Virus record (IMG/VR): IMGVR_UViG_3300023174_004481
Location: 1 to 64,000 of that record
Direction: 5' to 3' (one strand)
Length of the DNA: 64,000 nt
Origin: a virus
Under the pieces are notes generated by a model. That model searched no databases, was not told the DNA's origin, and saw only the letters and a list, made by a program, of their open reading frames with translations. Positions 9,729-20,600 of this stretch are shown in pieces (the first letter of the stretch is position 1; every line of letters begins with the position of its first letter). Made by a program: the position numbers and the translations under genes.

Positions 9729-10367
9729 ATGGACGAACATTTATTAAGATACGATAAGACTAAGACTTTTGTTTTTATTGATTTAGAAACATTTAATCTT
9801 TGTTTGAATTTTTGTCATAACTTACCTTGGCAAATTGGAATGATAAAAGCTAAAGGTGATTTTAAAACTGATAGCAAAAATTTCTATATTAAATGGAATA
9901 CTGATTTGAAGATTAGCGATGATGCAGCGAGAATCACAAGATACGATCATAAGAAAGTTCAAAAAGAAGGTCTTGATATCAAAGAAGCATTTCCTACAAT
10001 CAAAGATTGGCTAGATCATGCAGATTATATTGTTGGACATAATATTCTTGGTTTTGATATTTTCTTAATTAAAGAACTGTATGAATCAATGGGTTGCCAT
10101 TGGGATCATTTAATGAATAAGATAATTGATACTAATTGTATCGCAAGAGGCATAAAATATGGAACTCCATATAAACCTAATACTGATTTATTAGAATACC
10201 AATATAAAATCTATCATACAAAACGAAAAGATGTAAAAAGCAGCTTGACATTCCTTGGTAAAGAGAATAGTATAGATCATGACTATGATAAACTGCACGA
10301 TGCGATTAACGATCTTGATCTTAACTTGAAAGTTTGGAATAAGCTAAAGTGGCAAATTGAGTTATAA
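9729..10367 (+). CDS. DEDDh 3'-5' exonuclease (DnaQ/epsilon-like)
   Basis: ExoI FIDLET, ExoII VGHNILGFD, IIDT, ExoIII LHDAIND. Confidence 0.9.
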   Translation: MDEHLLRYDKTKTFVFIDLETFNLCLNFCHNLPWQIGMIKAKGDFKTDSKNFYIKWNTDLKISDDAARITRYDHKKVQKEGLDIKEAFPTIKDWLDHADYIVGHNILGFDIFLIKELYESMGCHWDHLMNKIIDTNCIARGIKYGTPYKPNTDLLEYQYKIYHTKRKDVKSSLTFLGKENSIDHDYDKLHDAINDLDLNLKVWNKLKWQIEL

Positions 10368-10368
10368 T

Positions 10369-10593
10369 ATGGGATCTCTAGATGATGTATATGATTTGAC
10401 CCAAAAATTAGAAGATAGTAATATAGAATATCTTCTGATAACTGTTCAAAAAGGAAAAAAACAAGGCAAAGCAGATGTATTTTTTCATTTAAAAGATAAA
10501 GCTTCTATGAAAATTTTAGCTACTGGATTAGCCGCTTTTGATAAAGAAATAGATAAAATAAGAAAAGAACAAGAGGAAAAAGATGACGAATAA
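10369..10593 (+). CDS. Hypothetical protein
   Basis: ORF track 10357..10593; ATG at 10369 just after the exonuclease stop. Confidence 0.6.
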   Translation: MGSLDDVYDLTQKLEDSNIEYLLITVQKGKKQGKADVFFHLKDKASMKILATGLAAFDKEIDKIRKEQEEKDDE

Positions 10594-13144
10594 GGATTTT
10601 AATAGTTTATTTGATCAAGTGGATCTACCTCTTTACGGAGTTAGGCTTCCAGAATTTAAAATTGATAATCAGTATAAACACGATTTAGAAGTAAGTGAAG
10701 ATGTATCCAATTATGAATTTTTAAGAGCATTATCTTTAAAAGGATTTAAGAAATTGAATCTTAAGAAAGATTCGGATTTATATAAAAAATATATTGAAAG
10801 AGCAAAGCACGAATTAGAAACCCTTAAAGAATTGGAGTTTATTGATTATATTATTTTAGTTTGGAGTGTTATTGATTTTTGTAATAAGAATAATATTCCA
10901 GTTGGATTAGGCCGAGGTTCAGCAGCGGGTTCTCTTATATTATATCTAATTGGGGTTACTCAAATTGATCCAGTTAAATATGACCTTTATTTCGAAAGAT
11001 TTATATCTAAGATTAGAGCTAAAAAGCAAGTTGTTGATGGAGTAACCTATTTGGATGGCAGTTTGATGTGTGACGTAGATTTAGATATTTGTTATTATAA
11101 TAGACATAAAGTTCTCCAATATCTAGAAGAACAATTCAAAGGTAAGACTAGTAAAATTTTGACATTAAATACATTAAGCGGAAAACTCTTAATTAAAGAG
11201 TGCGGAAAAATTGTTGGTGAAAAATCAGAGCAAGAGATGACAGAAGTATCGTCTATGATTCCAAAGATTTTCGGACAAGTCAAAGACATCACAACAGCTT
11301 TTGATGAAGTGCCTAAATTTAAAGAATGGTGCGAATCTAATAAAGATATTTATGGCGTAGCCCTTAAACTAAGAAACTTAATTAAAAATAAAGGAGTTCA
11401 TCCATCTGGAGTTTTACTATCTTATAATGATTTAGAAAAATCTTGTCCCACTGAATTATCTGGAGATAAAGAAGCGGTATCGAGTTTTGATATGAGTTGG
11501 GTTTCATTATTTAATATTAAACTTGATATTCTAGGTTTAAGAAGCGTTTCTGTAGTAGATGACGTTTGTAAGAGTATTGGTAAAAAAATAACTGATATTG
11601 ATTTAAATGATGAATCTATATATAGGAACTTACAAGACTTAAGAAATCCTCATGGGTTATTTCAAATTGAAGCAGAAACTAATTTTAAAGTTTGTCAAAA
11701 AGTTAAGCCTAAAAATCTAGAAGAATTAAGCGGAGTTTTAGCTTTAGCTAGACCTGGAGCTTTGCAATTTGCTGATAAATATGCTGCTCATACTAATTTT
11801 CAACAATCAGAAAGTATCCATCCATTCTTCGATGACATATTAAAAGATACTGGTGGAGTAGCTTTATACCAAGAGCAATTAATGAAGATGGCTCATAAAA
11901 TTGGCTTCACTCTAGATGAAGCAGAAATTTTGAGAAGAATTGTAGGTAAAAAGAAAACCGAAGAAATCAAAGCTTGGAAAAAGAAGATTGAAGATAAAAT
12001 TAAAGAAAATAAACTTCCAAAAGAAGTAGGAGAAATCTTATGGAAAATCTTAGAGGATTCAGCAAACTATTCATTTAATAAATCACATTCAATCGCCTAT
12101 GCAGCTTTAGCCGCGATTACTATTTATTTGAAGTTCAATTATCCTCAACAATTCTTTTTGTCTTTATTAAAGATGACTAGAAATGAACCAGATCCAATTG
12201 GTGAAATATCTAAAATTCAAAAAGAAATGGGTCATTTCGATATTAAATTATTAAAGCCACATATTATTAAATCTCAGATGGATTTCTCTATTGAAGGTTC
12301 AGATATTAGATTTGGGCTATTATCAATTAAAGGTATTTCAGATAAATCAATTGAAAAGTTAAACGGATTTAGAAACAAGTATTCTAATAAGTTCGAAATT
12401 TTTCAAGCAGCAGAAGAAGCAGATCTTAATATCGGAGTATTATGTTCGTTGATTCAAGCTGGAGCTTTAACTGGATTTAAACAATCTAGAAGCAAAATAG
12501 TATTAGAGGCTCAACTTTGGAATATATTAACAGCAAAAGAAAAGAAATACGCAATTTCATTCGCTGAACAATTTGATTATGATCTTATTAAAATTATTAA
12601 GCATTTAAATACATTTACTGATGAAAAGAATAAAGTCATAATCAAGAGTTCTAGATTAGATACTATTAAATCTAAATATGAACCTTATCTTAAAATATAT
12701 AATCAAAATAGCAAGAGCGAAAGTTTTGCTAATTGGTATTATGAAAAAAGACTCTTGGGCTATACTTACGAAAGAACATTGAAAGATATCTTTAATGAAA
12801 AAAGAGAAGATCTATTGTTTATTGATGAAATTATGGATTTGCCAGTAAATCAAAAAGTAGCACTAGTTGGAGAGGTTACAGATGTATATTCTGGAACATC
12901 AAAAAATGAAAAGAAGACTAAATATCTAAGACTTAAAATATCAGACGAATCTGGCGATATTACTGTATTATTATTTAATGATAAGATAGAAAATTGTAAA
13001 ACACTTAATGGGAATAAGAATCCAGAAGAAAAGAATATTGTTATAGTTAAAGGTATTAAAAAAGAAGATTGTATATTTGCGGATTTGGTAGCTGTTCAAG
13101 ATCATCAAATATATATGAAATTGAGTGAAATTAAAAAGATTTGA
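10583..13144 (+). CDS. dnaE: DNA polymerase III alpha catalytic subunit (DnaE-type, lacking PHP domain)
   Basis: GLGRGSAAGSL, FERF, DVDLD catalytic motif, HPSG, KLDILGL, RPG, YQEQLM, YSFNKSH, IRFGL..IKG, C-terminal OB fold. Confidence 0.93.
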   Translation: MTNKDFNSLFDQVDLPLYGVRLPEFKIDNQYKHDLEVSEDVSNYEFLRALSLKGFKKLNLKKDSDLYKKYIERAKHELETLKELEFIDYIILVWSVIDFCNKNNIPVGLGRGSAAGSLILYLIGVTQIDPVKYDLYFERFISKIRAKKQVVDGVTYLDGSLMCDVDLDICYYNRHKVLQYLEEQFKGKTSKILTLNTLSGKLLIKECGKIVGEKSEQEMTEVSSMIPKIFGQVKDITTAFDEVPKFKEWCESNKDIYGVALKLRNLIKNKGVHPSGVLLSYNDLEKSCPTELSGDKEAVSSFDMSWVSLFNIKLDILGLRSVSVVDDVCKSIGKKITDIDLNDESIYRNLQDLRNPHGLFQIEAETNFKVCQKVKPKNLEELSGVLALARPGALQFADKYAAHTNFQQSESIHPFFDDILKDTGGVALYQEQLMKMAHKIGFTLDEAEILRRIVGKKKTEEIKAWKKKIEDKIKENKLPKEVGEILWKILEDSANYSFNKSHSIAYAALAAITIYLKFNYPQQFFLSLLKMTRNEPDPIGEISKIQKEMGHFDIKLLKPHIIKSQMDFSIEGSDIRFGLLSIKGISDKSIEKLNGFRNKYSNKFEIFQAAEEADLNIGVLCSLIQAGALTGFKQSRSKIVLEAQLWNILTAKEKKYAISFAEQFDYDLIKIIKHLNTFTDEKNKVIIKSSRLDTIKSKYEPYLKIYNQNSKSESFANWYYEKRLLGYTYERTLKDIFNEKREDLLFIDEIMDLPVNQKVALVGEVTDVYSGTSKNEKKTKYLRLKISDESGDITVLLFNDKIENCKTLNGNKNPEEKNIVIVKGIKKEDCIFADLVAVQDHQIYMKLSEIKKI

Positions 13145-13169
13145 CATTTTATTAAAGATAATATATCAT
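13141..13169 (+). promoter_or_regulatory. sigma70-type promoter, probably leaderless transcript
   Basis: TTGACA-N17-TATCAT, then 6 nt, then in-frame ATG at 13176. Confidence 0.8.
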
Positions 13170-13175
13170 CACTAT

Positions 13176-13724
13176 ATGATATCATTCTACAAACCTAATA
13201 GTAAAAATACTGGAACAGCTTGCAGCTTTACAGTAAATTCAAAAGACGCTTCAATTTGGAGCTCATTAATTAAGCAATCCTCTTGGAACGAAGCTAAGAA
13301 AATTGGCTCATTTTCTGAAAATCAAAATAATCCAAATAAAAGTGTTAAAATTAAATTCTCTTTAACAGAAGCAGCTGGCCTTTTGGATGCTCTAGAAAGA
13401 AATAGCGAATTTTCTGCATATCATACATCAGAAAAGCAATCCACACAAATTAAATTATCTCCGTATATGAGAGATGATAAGCAAGTTGGATATTCTTATA
13501 TGGTATCAAAAACAGATAAACAAAATAGCGAAAATAAACAATCATATCTAATTGGTTTTTATTTTAACGAAGCTCGACTATTAAAGCAATTTTTATCTTA
13601 TGCATTAGATTCAGTATTTGAATCTCAAAGAATAGAAACAATTAAAAAACTTAAAAATTCTAAAAAAGATAATGACGAAGATCAAAATGATGCCAAAGCT
13701 GATAACGATGGCGACCTTTGGTAA
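13176..13724 (+). CDS. Hypothetical protein, possible ssDNA-binding protein
   Basis: Start moved to MISFYKPN (13176). Beta-rich body with an acidic tail ending DNDGDLW, like SSB tails; follows dnaE. Confidence 0.5.
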   Translation: MISFYKPNSKNTGTACSFTVNSKDASIWSSLIKQSSWNEAKKIGSFSENQNNPNKSVKIKFSLTEAAGLLDALERNSEFSAYHTSEKQSTQIKLSPYMRDDKQVGYSYMVSKTDKQNSENKQSYLIGFYFNEARLLKQFLSYALDSVFESQRIETIKKLKNSKKDNDEDQNDAKADNDGDLW

Positions 13725-15646
13725 TGTCTAGAAAAAAGAAATTTTTATATCATTCTGATTTTGCTCTAGCCAAAACTGGATTTGGTAGAGTATCAAAAGC
13801 TTTATTAACTTATTTATATAAAACTGGTAAGTATGATATTGTTCATTATTGCTGTGGTATGCAGCAAGGAAATCCAGATCTATTAAAGACTCCTTGGAAA
13901 TCTATAGGATCGCTACCAAATTCTCAACAAGAATTGGAACAATTAAATAGAGATCCAAATCAAGGCAGAATGGCGAGTTATGGAGCTTATCTAATTGATA
14001 AAGTTATAGAAGAAGAAAAGCCAGATGCTTATGTTGCTGCCCAAGATATTTGGGGAGTTGATTATAGTATACCAAAACCTTGGTTTAATAAAATTAAATC
14101 TTCTATTTGGACTACTTTAGATTCTTTACCCATACTTCCAAGTGCGGTAAGTTGTGCTCCTAAATTAAAAAATTATTGGATTTGGAGTGATTTTGCCACG
14201 AAAGCTTTACATGATTTAAATCATAAACAAGTAGAAACAGTTCACGGCCCTATAGATGTTCATAATTTTCATAGACTATCAAACGAACAAAGAGCAAATT
14301 TAAGAAATAAATTCAACATTCCTCTTAATGCTTTTATCATTGGATTTGTATTTAGAAATCAATTAAGAAAAAGCGTTCCTAATCTTTTGGAGGGATACGC
14401 TCTTTGGAAAGCTAGAAATCCAGAAGTCAAAAATACTTTTCTTTTATTGCACACTCATTGGTCTGAAGGATGGAATATATACAAATTGGCAGACGAATAT
14501 AATGTGCCTAAAAATGAAATATTAACTACTTATGTATGTAGGAATTGTGGAAATTATGAAATTAAAAATTTCGTTGGACAAAATATAGATTGTAAATTCT
14601 GTGGAACTCAAAAATCTCAGATTACAACTAGCGTTGGCTATGGAGTAACAGAAGAACAACTTAATGAAGTTTATAACTTGATGGATGTTTATTGTCATCC
14701 ATTTACTAGCGGTGGACAAGAAATACCCATACAAGAAGCTAAACTTACAGAATTAATAACATTAGTAACAAATTATTCTTGTGGAGAAGAAATGTGTTAT
14801 GACGAAGCTAATTCATTTCCCTTAGAATGGGCAGAATATAGAGAACATGGAACAGAGTTTAGAAAAGCATCAACTTTGCCAAGCTCAATAGCAAAACAAC
14901 TTCATAAAGCTTGGAAAATGCCACTTAACAAAAGATTAGAAATGGGTAAGTTAGCTAGAGAATGGACAGTTGATAACTATTCTTCAGAAATAATTGGTAA
15001 AAAATTTGAGGAATTTATAGATTCAGCAGATTTTGCAGATTATAACAGTATTTCTATAAGCCCAGAATCTCAAGATCCATTAATTAAAATACCAGAAATT
15101 AAAAATGATTCAGAATGGTTAAAATTTTTATATGCTAATATTCTTAAAAGACCAGATGTAGACGAGAGTGATGATGGCCATAGATATTGGATGCAGGAAA
15201 TAGCTAAGGGTATGAAAAGACAAGATATCGAAAACTATTTCAGACAAGTAGCTTGGCAAGAAAATCAAAAAAATAAACAAATAGATTTCAATGATCTTCT
15301 TGATAAAAATGATAAAGGCAAAAGGATTCTATATATTATACCAGAAGATGAATCTGACGTATTTATGAGTACTAGTATATTTCCTTCTATTAAAAAAATG
15401 TATCCAGATCATAATTTATATGTTGCAACTAAAAATGAATATTTTGAAATTTTAGAAGGCAATCCAAACATATATAAAGTAATTCCCTTTGTACCACAAA
15501 TGGAAAACCAAATATGGTGCGAAGGAAATAAAGATCATGAAGGATATTTTGAAATTGCATTTTTACCATATATTGGTACACAAAAAATATTAAATTACCT
15601 TCATAATGGTAAAGATAAACTTGAATTTGATATAAAAAACTTTTAA
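13724..15646 (+). CDS. GT4-like (GT-B) glycosyltransferase with CxxC...CxxC insert, fused to a GT9-like N-terminal domain
   Basis: TGFGRVS, RNQLRK, YNLMDVYCHPFTSGGQEIPIQEA; CRNC/CKFC insert. C-terminal RILYIIP...DVFMST..FPSIKKMYPD...VAT...ILEGNPNI resembles heptosyltransferase N-termini. Confidence 0.75.
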   Translation: MSRKKKFLYHSDFALAKTGFGRVSKALLTYLYKTGKYDIVHYCCGMQQGNPDLLKTPWKSIGSLPNSQQELEQLNRDPNQGRMASYGAYLIDKVIEEEKPDAYVAAQDIWGVDYSIPKPWFNKIKSSIWTTLDSLPILPSAVSCAPKLKNYWIWSDFATKALHDLNHKQVETVHGPIDVHNFHRLSNEQRANLRNKFNIPLNAFIIGFVFRNQLRKSVPNLLEGYALWKARNPEVKNTFLLLHTHWSEGWNIYKLADEYNVPKNEILTTYVCRNCGNYEIKNFVGQNIDCKFCGTQKSQITTSVGYGVTEEQLNEVYNLMDVYCHPFTSGGQEIPIQEAKLTELITLVTNYSCGEEMCYDEANSFPLEWAEYREHGTEFRKASTLPSSIAKQLHKAWKMPLNKRLEMGKLAREWTVDNYSSEIIGKKFEEFIDSADFADYNSISISPESQDPLIKIPEIKNDSEWLKFLYANILKRPDVDESDDGHRYWMQEIAKGMKRQDIENYFRQVAWQENQKNKQIDFNDLLDKNDKGKRILYIIPEDESDVFMSTSIFPSIKKMYPDHNLYVATKNEYFEILEGNPNIYKVIPFVPQMENQIWCEGNKDHEGYFEIAFLPYIGTQKILNYLHNGKDKLEFDIKNF

Positions 15647-15653
15647 TATCAAT

Positions 15654-16808
15654 ATGCATACCATAGAAGCATTTGCATCATCTTGTGGATTAAAAATATC
15701 AAAACCCTACATTTATGAAAAGTATTACCCAATCTATTTAAATAAATATATAGTCATAGAAACTAATGATGTAAAGTATCAATCTAAAAACTATGATTAT
15801 TGGCAAGAAGTTATTAATTTAATTTTGCCATATTTAAAAGAAAATGATATTAATGTATTACAATTTTGCAATCAAAATGATCCAAAGTTAATAAATACTT
15901 ATAGTGTTACTGCTCTTACTTATAATCAAAAGGCTTATTTAATAAAAAATTCAATTTGTTATATAGGCTCTAATTCATTTGGTTTACAAATAGCATCTCA
16001 TTATAATAAGAAAATTATAGGGCTATATTCAAATATGTACGCTTCTCAGAATAAACCATATTGGAGCAATCCAGATGAAGTTAAATTAATTGAAGCATTT
16101 GAATCTAATTCAAAACCATCTTATATGCCTCAAGAAAATCCCAAGGTTATAAATAATTTAAAACCAGATGTGGTCTCAAAGTCAATTTTAGATTTATTAA
16201 ACATTAAACATAAATTTCAATATAAATTTTTGAATATTGGAAATAATTATAATAATAAAACTATTGAAATGCTTCCAAATATGATCATTGATCCGACTAA
16301 AATTTCTACCCCCAACATTATAATAAGGATGGATTTGGAGCATAATGAACAATTTTTAGAAATGCAATTATCAACAATGAAATGTATCTTATTAACAAAT
16401 AAAACTATATCCGAGGATATAATTAAAAAATACAAGCAAAATATTCTTCAAATTATATATAAAATTGAAGAAGATAACGACCATAAATTCGTGCAATTTC
16501 TTAAAAATCAAAATATAAGTTATGCTCTAGTATCTCATTTACCTCAATCAGAAATAGATAGAATTAAGATAAATTATATGGATCTAGGTTTAATCTCAAA
16601 AATTAATAATGCAAATAAAAATAATTACCCTAATGTAAAATACTATAAGAGTAATAGATTTATCTTGAGTAATAACAAATTATATATGAGCGAAGCTGCA
16701 GTGCAAAAAGATTTACCAATTAAAGATTTTAATAATAATATTCAAGAAGTGATTGATACTGAATTGTTTTGGGATAATGCAGATAATTATGCTTTTTTAG
16801 TTGACTAG
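15654..16808 (+). CDS. GT9 (heptosyltransferase-like) C-terminal half plus unknown domain
   Basis: YIVIET...SKNYDYWQEVI, AYLIKNSICYIGSNSFGLQIASHYNKKIIGLY resemble the GT9 second Rossmann domain. Confidence 0.6.
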   Translation: MHTIEAFASSCGLKISKPYIYEKYYPIYLNKYIVIETNDVKYQSKNYDYWQEVINLILPYLKENDINVLQFCNQNDPKLINTYSVTALTYNQKAYLIKNSICYIGSNSFGLQIASHYNKKIIGLYSNMYASQNKPYWSNPDEVKLIEAFESNSKPSYMPQENPKVINNLKPDVVSKSILDLLNIKHKFQYKFLNIGNNYNNKTIEMLPNMIIDPTKISTPNIIIRMDLEHNEQFLEMQLSTMKCILLTNKTISEDIIKKYKQNILQIIYKIEEDNDHKFVQFLKNQNISYALVSHLPQSEIDRIKINYMDLGLISKINNANKNNYPNVKYYKSNRFILSNNKLYMSEAAVQKDLPIKDFNNNIQEVIDTELFWDNADNYAFLVD

Positions 16809-16829
16809 TTTATATAAATAGACTATCAT
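16801..16829 (+). promoter_or_regulatory. sigma70-type promoter, probably leaderless transcript
   Basis: TTGACT-N17-TATCAT, then 7 nt, then ATG at 16837. Confidence 0.75.
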
Positions 16830-16836
16830 ACTAATA

Positions 16837-17649
16837 ATGAGCCCAAAAATTAAACAACAAGATCAAACTGCTTCGATGGGAAGCTCCGCACTTTTCGATA
16901 CTAATATCAATATTGCGCCAGAATTAAATGAACCAGTACTAGAAGTAGTTCCTCCAAAACTTATCACAAGAAACAAATATGGTTTAATTGAAGATAAAAA
17001 TACCAATTATACATATAATGATGATGGTACTATTAATTGGCGTAAAATGGTTAAGCATGAATATCTAGTTCCTAATAGACAAAAAACACAAGAAACAGAT
17101 GTATCCAAATTAGAAGACAAAGATCTTCTTATTCTTCTTGGAGGAATCAAAGAACTTGCTCAGATCAGAGGTTATACTAGTGTTTCATACAAAGTAGTAG
17201 CTGCCAGCGAAAGCTATTTTGCTACTTCTTGTAAGATTACTTGGATTCCTAATTACGAAACAAATGGCAAGGTTATTGAATTCGAAGCTCTTGCTGATGC
17301 TACTTTAAATAATACTAAGAGTTTTGCTAGATACTTTTTAGCGGCAATTGCAGAGAATAGAGCCTTTGTAAGGTGTGTTCGTAATTTCTTAAAAATTAAT
17401 ATTGTTTCTCAAGAAGAATTAGGTGATGCTAAAATTCTTGAAGAAGCAGTGTCTTCAAATGAAAGTCCAACTTCTCCACAAGTTTTATTGGAGAAAGTTA
17501 TGAAAGAAAAAAAAATAACATTTGAAACTTTAAAAGAACGGTTATTAAAAGAAAAGTTTGAAAACGCAGAGAGTTTGAATTGTACTCAAGATATTCCAAA
17601 ATCTAAAATATTCGAACTAATAGAAAGAATTAAAAAGATTAAAAATTAA
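16837..17649 (+). CDS. Hypothetical protein, possible Rad52/Sak-like single-strand annealing protein
   Basis: AIAENRAFVRCVRNFL.I..VSQEEL resembles the 'AETRA..RA.R....I...S.EE' motif of phage annealing proteins; inferred. Confidence 0.45.
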   Translation: MSPKIKQQDQTASMGSSALFDTNINIAPELNEPVLEVVPPKLITRNKYGLIEDKNTNYTYNDDGTINWRKMVKHEYLVPNRQKTQETDVSKLEDKDLLILLGGIKELAQIRGYTSVSYKVVAASESYFATSCKITWIPNYETNGKVIEFEALADATLNNTKSFARYFLAAIAENRAFVRCVRNFLKINIVSQEELGDAKILEEAVSSNESPTSPQVLLEKVMKEKKITFETLKERLLKEKFENAESLNCTQDIPKSKIFELIERIKKIKN

Positions 17650-20600
17650 TTAATAAACGGTATATTATAATACGGTATTCTGACCGCAATATTATTTATG
17701 GTTGTCGCTAAATAACCTCTTGGTGTAGCTGGCAACGCTGCAGCTCCTCCAGCTGTGCCAACTGTCGTTCCAGTAATTCCAGTTATACTTATATCAGTTA
17801 TATTTGTTTTGCCAGAAATATATAAACCACTTGTAGGTGAAGCAAGTATTCTTGCGTAAATTTTACCAGCAGGATTATTTGCTGGTAGCACTGGGTAATT
17901 ATGATAAACCCCACTCCTTTTGTAAAAAAGTATACTAATATCATCTATTCCTATTAATCCACTATTCATTTCTAAAACTCCACTACTTATTTCAATATTA
18001 GGATCTGATTGGGTCCCGTTATCATAATATCCACCACTTGCATAATTATTATACTTAAATATAAAACTCTTAAAACCTTTATTAAAATTAAAATTATTTT
18101 GACCATAGTCATCTTGCATAGTAAATCTATATGCATTTAATTGAGAATAAAGATTCGTCGACACCGATCCCATTGATATATTAGATCCTCCATATAGTAC
18201 TATATTAGATGCACTTAATTGCATATCTGATCTAATAAGCTCTAAATTACCTCGAGTACCACCCGCACTAGTAGGATAAGAAGAGTTAGTTATATACCAA
18301 TTTCCTGTATTATAAATATCTCTTCTTAAACATCCACTAAGATCGCTTGCGCTAACTGTATTATCTAGATCATTTTGCAATGCAGTAGCCGAATCACTAT
18401 AACTTCCTAAAAACATTAAATTATTAAACACATTTCTATTATCACTAGAGTTATTCCATTTATATACTTGAGAAATGCCATTTGGAAGAGATCCATAATT
18501 TACTGCTATTGATGCCGTGCCAAGTCCAGTTTTATATACTCCAGTTTCCTCAAATCTTTGCGTATATCTATTTATTAAATTTTCTTCAAAATTCGAAGCA
18601 AATCTAAAAGCAGCCCATCCACTTTTGACAACAGCACCTGGAGTTTTTGAATTAATAACTGGTACACTAGTTGAAAAACTACCATTTGAAGTTGAATTAG
18701 CTTTTCTTACTTGTATACCATTATTATATAAATCAAGTATTACATCATAATTTGATTGTTTTGTAGCTTTAGTTAAATATGAATTTATACTTGCTGTAGT
18801 TAAAAGTCCAGTTTTTGATTCTTGGTCTGTGAAAAATACATAGCCATTTCCTACATCTTGAGGTGTTTGCGCTGAGATATAAATATTATTACTAGCAGTA
18901 ATATTGAGCACAGAGTTTGTGAAATTCATTCTAGGAACAATTGGGTTATTGTAAAAATATCCTTGTACATATCCATTAACTTGAGTATATGGCGCAGAAG
19001 ATACTGATGCTTGAGAAGTGTATTTAACGCCAGTTCTTTCTTTTGCATCTATGGCTAACCAAAATCCACTCATAGTATAATCTTTTAATATTAAAGCCAT
19101 TTCATCTGAATTAATTCCAGTGAACGCTGACAAACTATCAATATCATCTATATTTAAATTATATTGTCTTATAGTATTTTGCTGGGCAACAGCAGAACTA
19201 AATGTTCCAGTCCCAAAAGTTAATCTATAAGTTAAATCTAAATTGTTAAAATCTTTTACAGTTGGAGCTAAATTTTGTAAACTCCAATTGAAATTGAAAT
19301 TTGATCCAGCAAAAAGATTTGCGGCATTTAAAATAACACTAGATGGACTACCTCCATTATTATAATTAAAATTATTAAATACTAGTATGTTAGTTAAATC
19401 TTTTAAAGTTTCAGATACATATAGAAAATTTCCAGCTGTATAAGATCTAGAATAATAACCATCTGTACTTAAACCATAAATTCTAAAATAATAACGTGTA
19501 TTATTTTGACTTGGAATAAATCGTCCTGTAATTGGATTTACTGTAGTAGCTAAATTTGCAGTCTCAATTAAAAATGATTGGTTTGGCACAAGAACACTAA
19601 CACCTTTCAAATTAACTAGCTGTCTACCAAGATCTGCACTCGTAAAATCACTTCCAGCTTTCGCGTAAACTTTCCAAAAGCTTGTATCAAAATTAATTGT
19701 AGAAACTGGCACACCAATTGTATATTGTAAGTATAAATCGGTAATCAATTGAAAAGCCAATGAACTTGGATAACTTGCTTCTAATTGACTTGTTCCTTGT
19801 TCTAGTGGCGGAGCATCTGTTAAACTAATTCCAGATTCTACAAATAAGTATTTACTTGGGTTATGTTCAATTGCATTTATATTATATTTATTTCCTTCCA
19901 ATTCAGTTAATCCAATGACTCTGTAAAGTTCAGTTTCTAAATCTTGATTGTTAGTTGCATTTACTGCTACATTTATTGTCCATATAGCTCCAGTTTGTAA
20001 AATATAATTTGTTGAATCAAATACTTTATTCGTATTTAATTTAACTAAAGTTTTTTCTGGATCATAACCTACGGCTCCGACCATATTGCTTAGATTAAAT
20101 GTTCCAGATTGTATTTCTGGTCTTTGATAACTTGAAACAAAATCTGAATAATTTGTTCCAGCAACTCTATAAGTTGGGGTTAAAATTTCAAAATTAAATT
20201 GATTAGCGCCCCTAGATGATATATATGAATTTATTTTATTATATTCGCCATCTAATATAAAACTATGAGTTCCATTTTCAAGAGATATACCCAACACTCT
20301 TCCACCCAATCTATTTAAAACTCTGTTTGAATCTTGAATTTTTATTAAATCTCCAGGTTTTAAATACAGAGCGTCTAATCCTGCGGTAAAATCAACAGTT
20401 TCTGTTTCTAATTGTTCGCTAGCTAAAGCCCATCTTCCAAGTCTATAAGCTTGACCTCGACTAGTACAACCAAAAGCTGTAAGTTCTAATTTTCTAATTC
20501 CATATTTTCTAACTGCATCTGGATCTTCTACATATTCAACTACTGGTTTAGCAAAATTAGTCATATCATTATATCTTACTACCGCAATACTATTTCTTAC

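Noticed and set aside
10245-10273. TTGACA-N17-TAGTAT inside the exonuclease gene
   Set aside because: Intragenic and ~95 nt from the next start, unlike the other promoters; may be chance.
179-16435. Short - strand ORFs inside replication genes
   Set aside because: Antisense to well-supported genes with no recognisable motifs.
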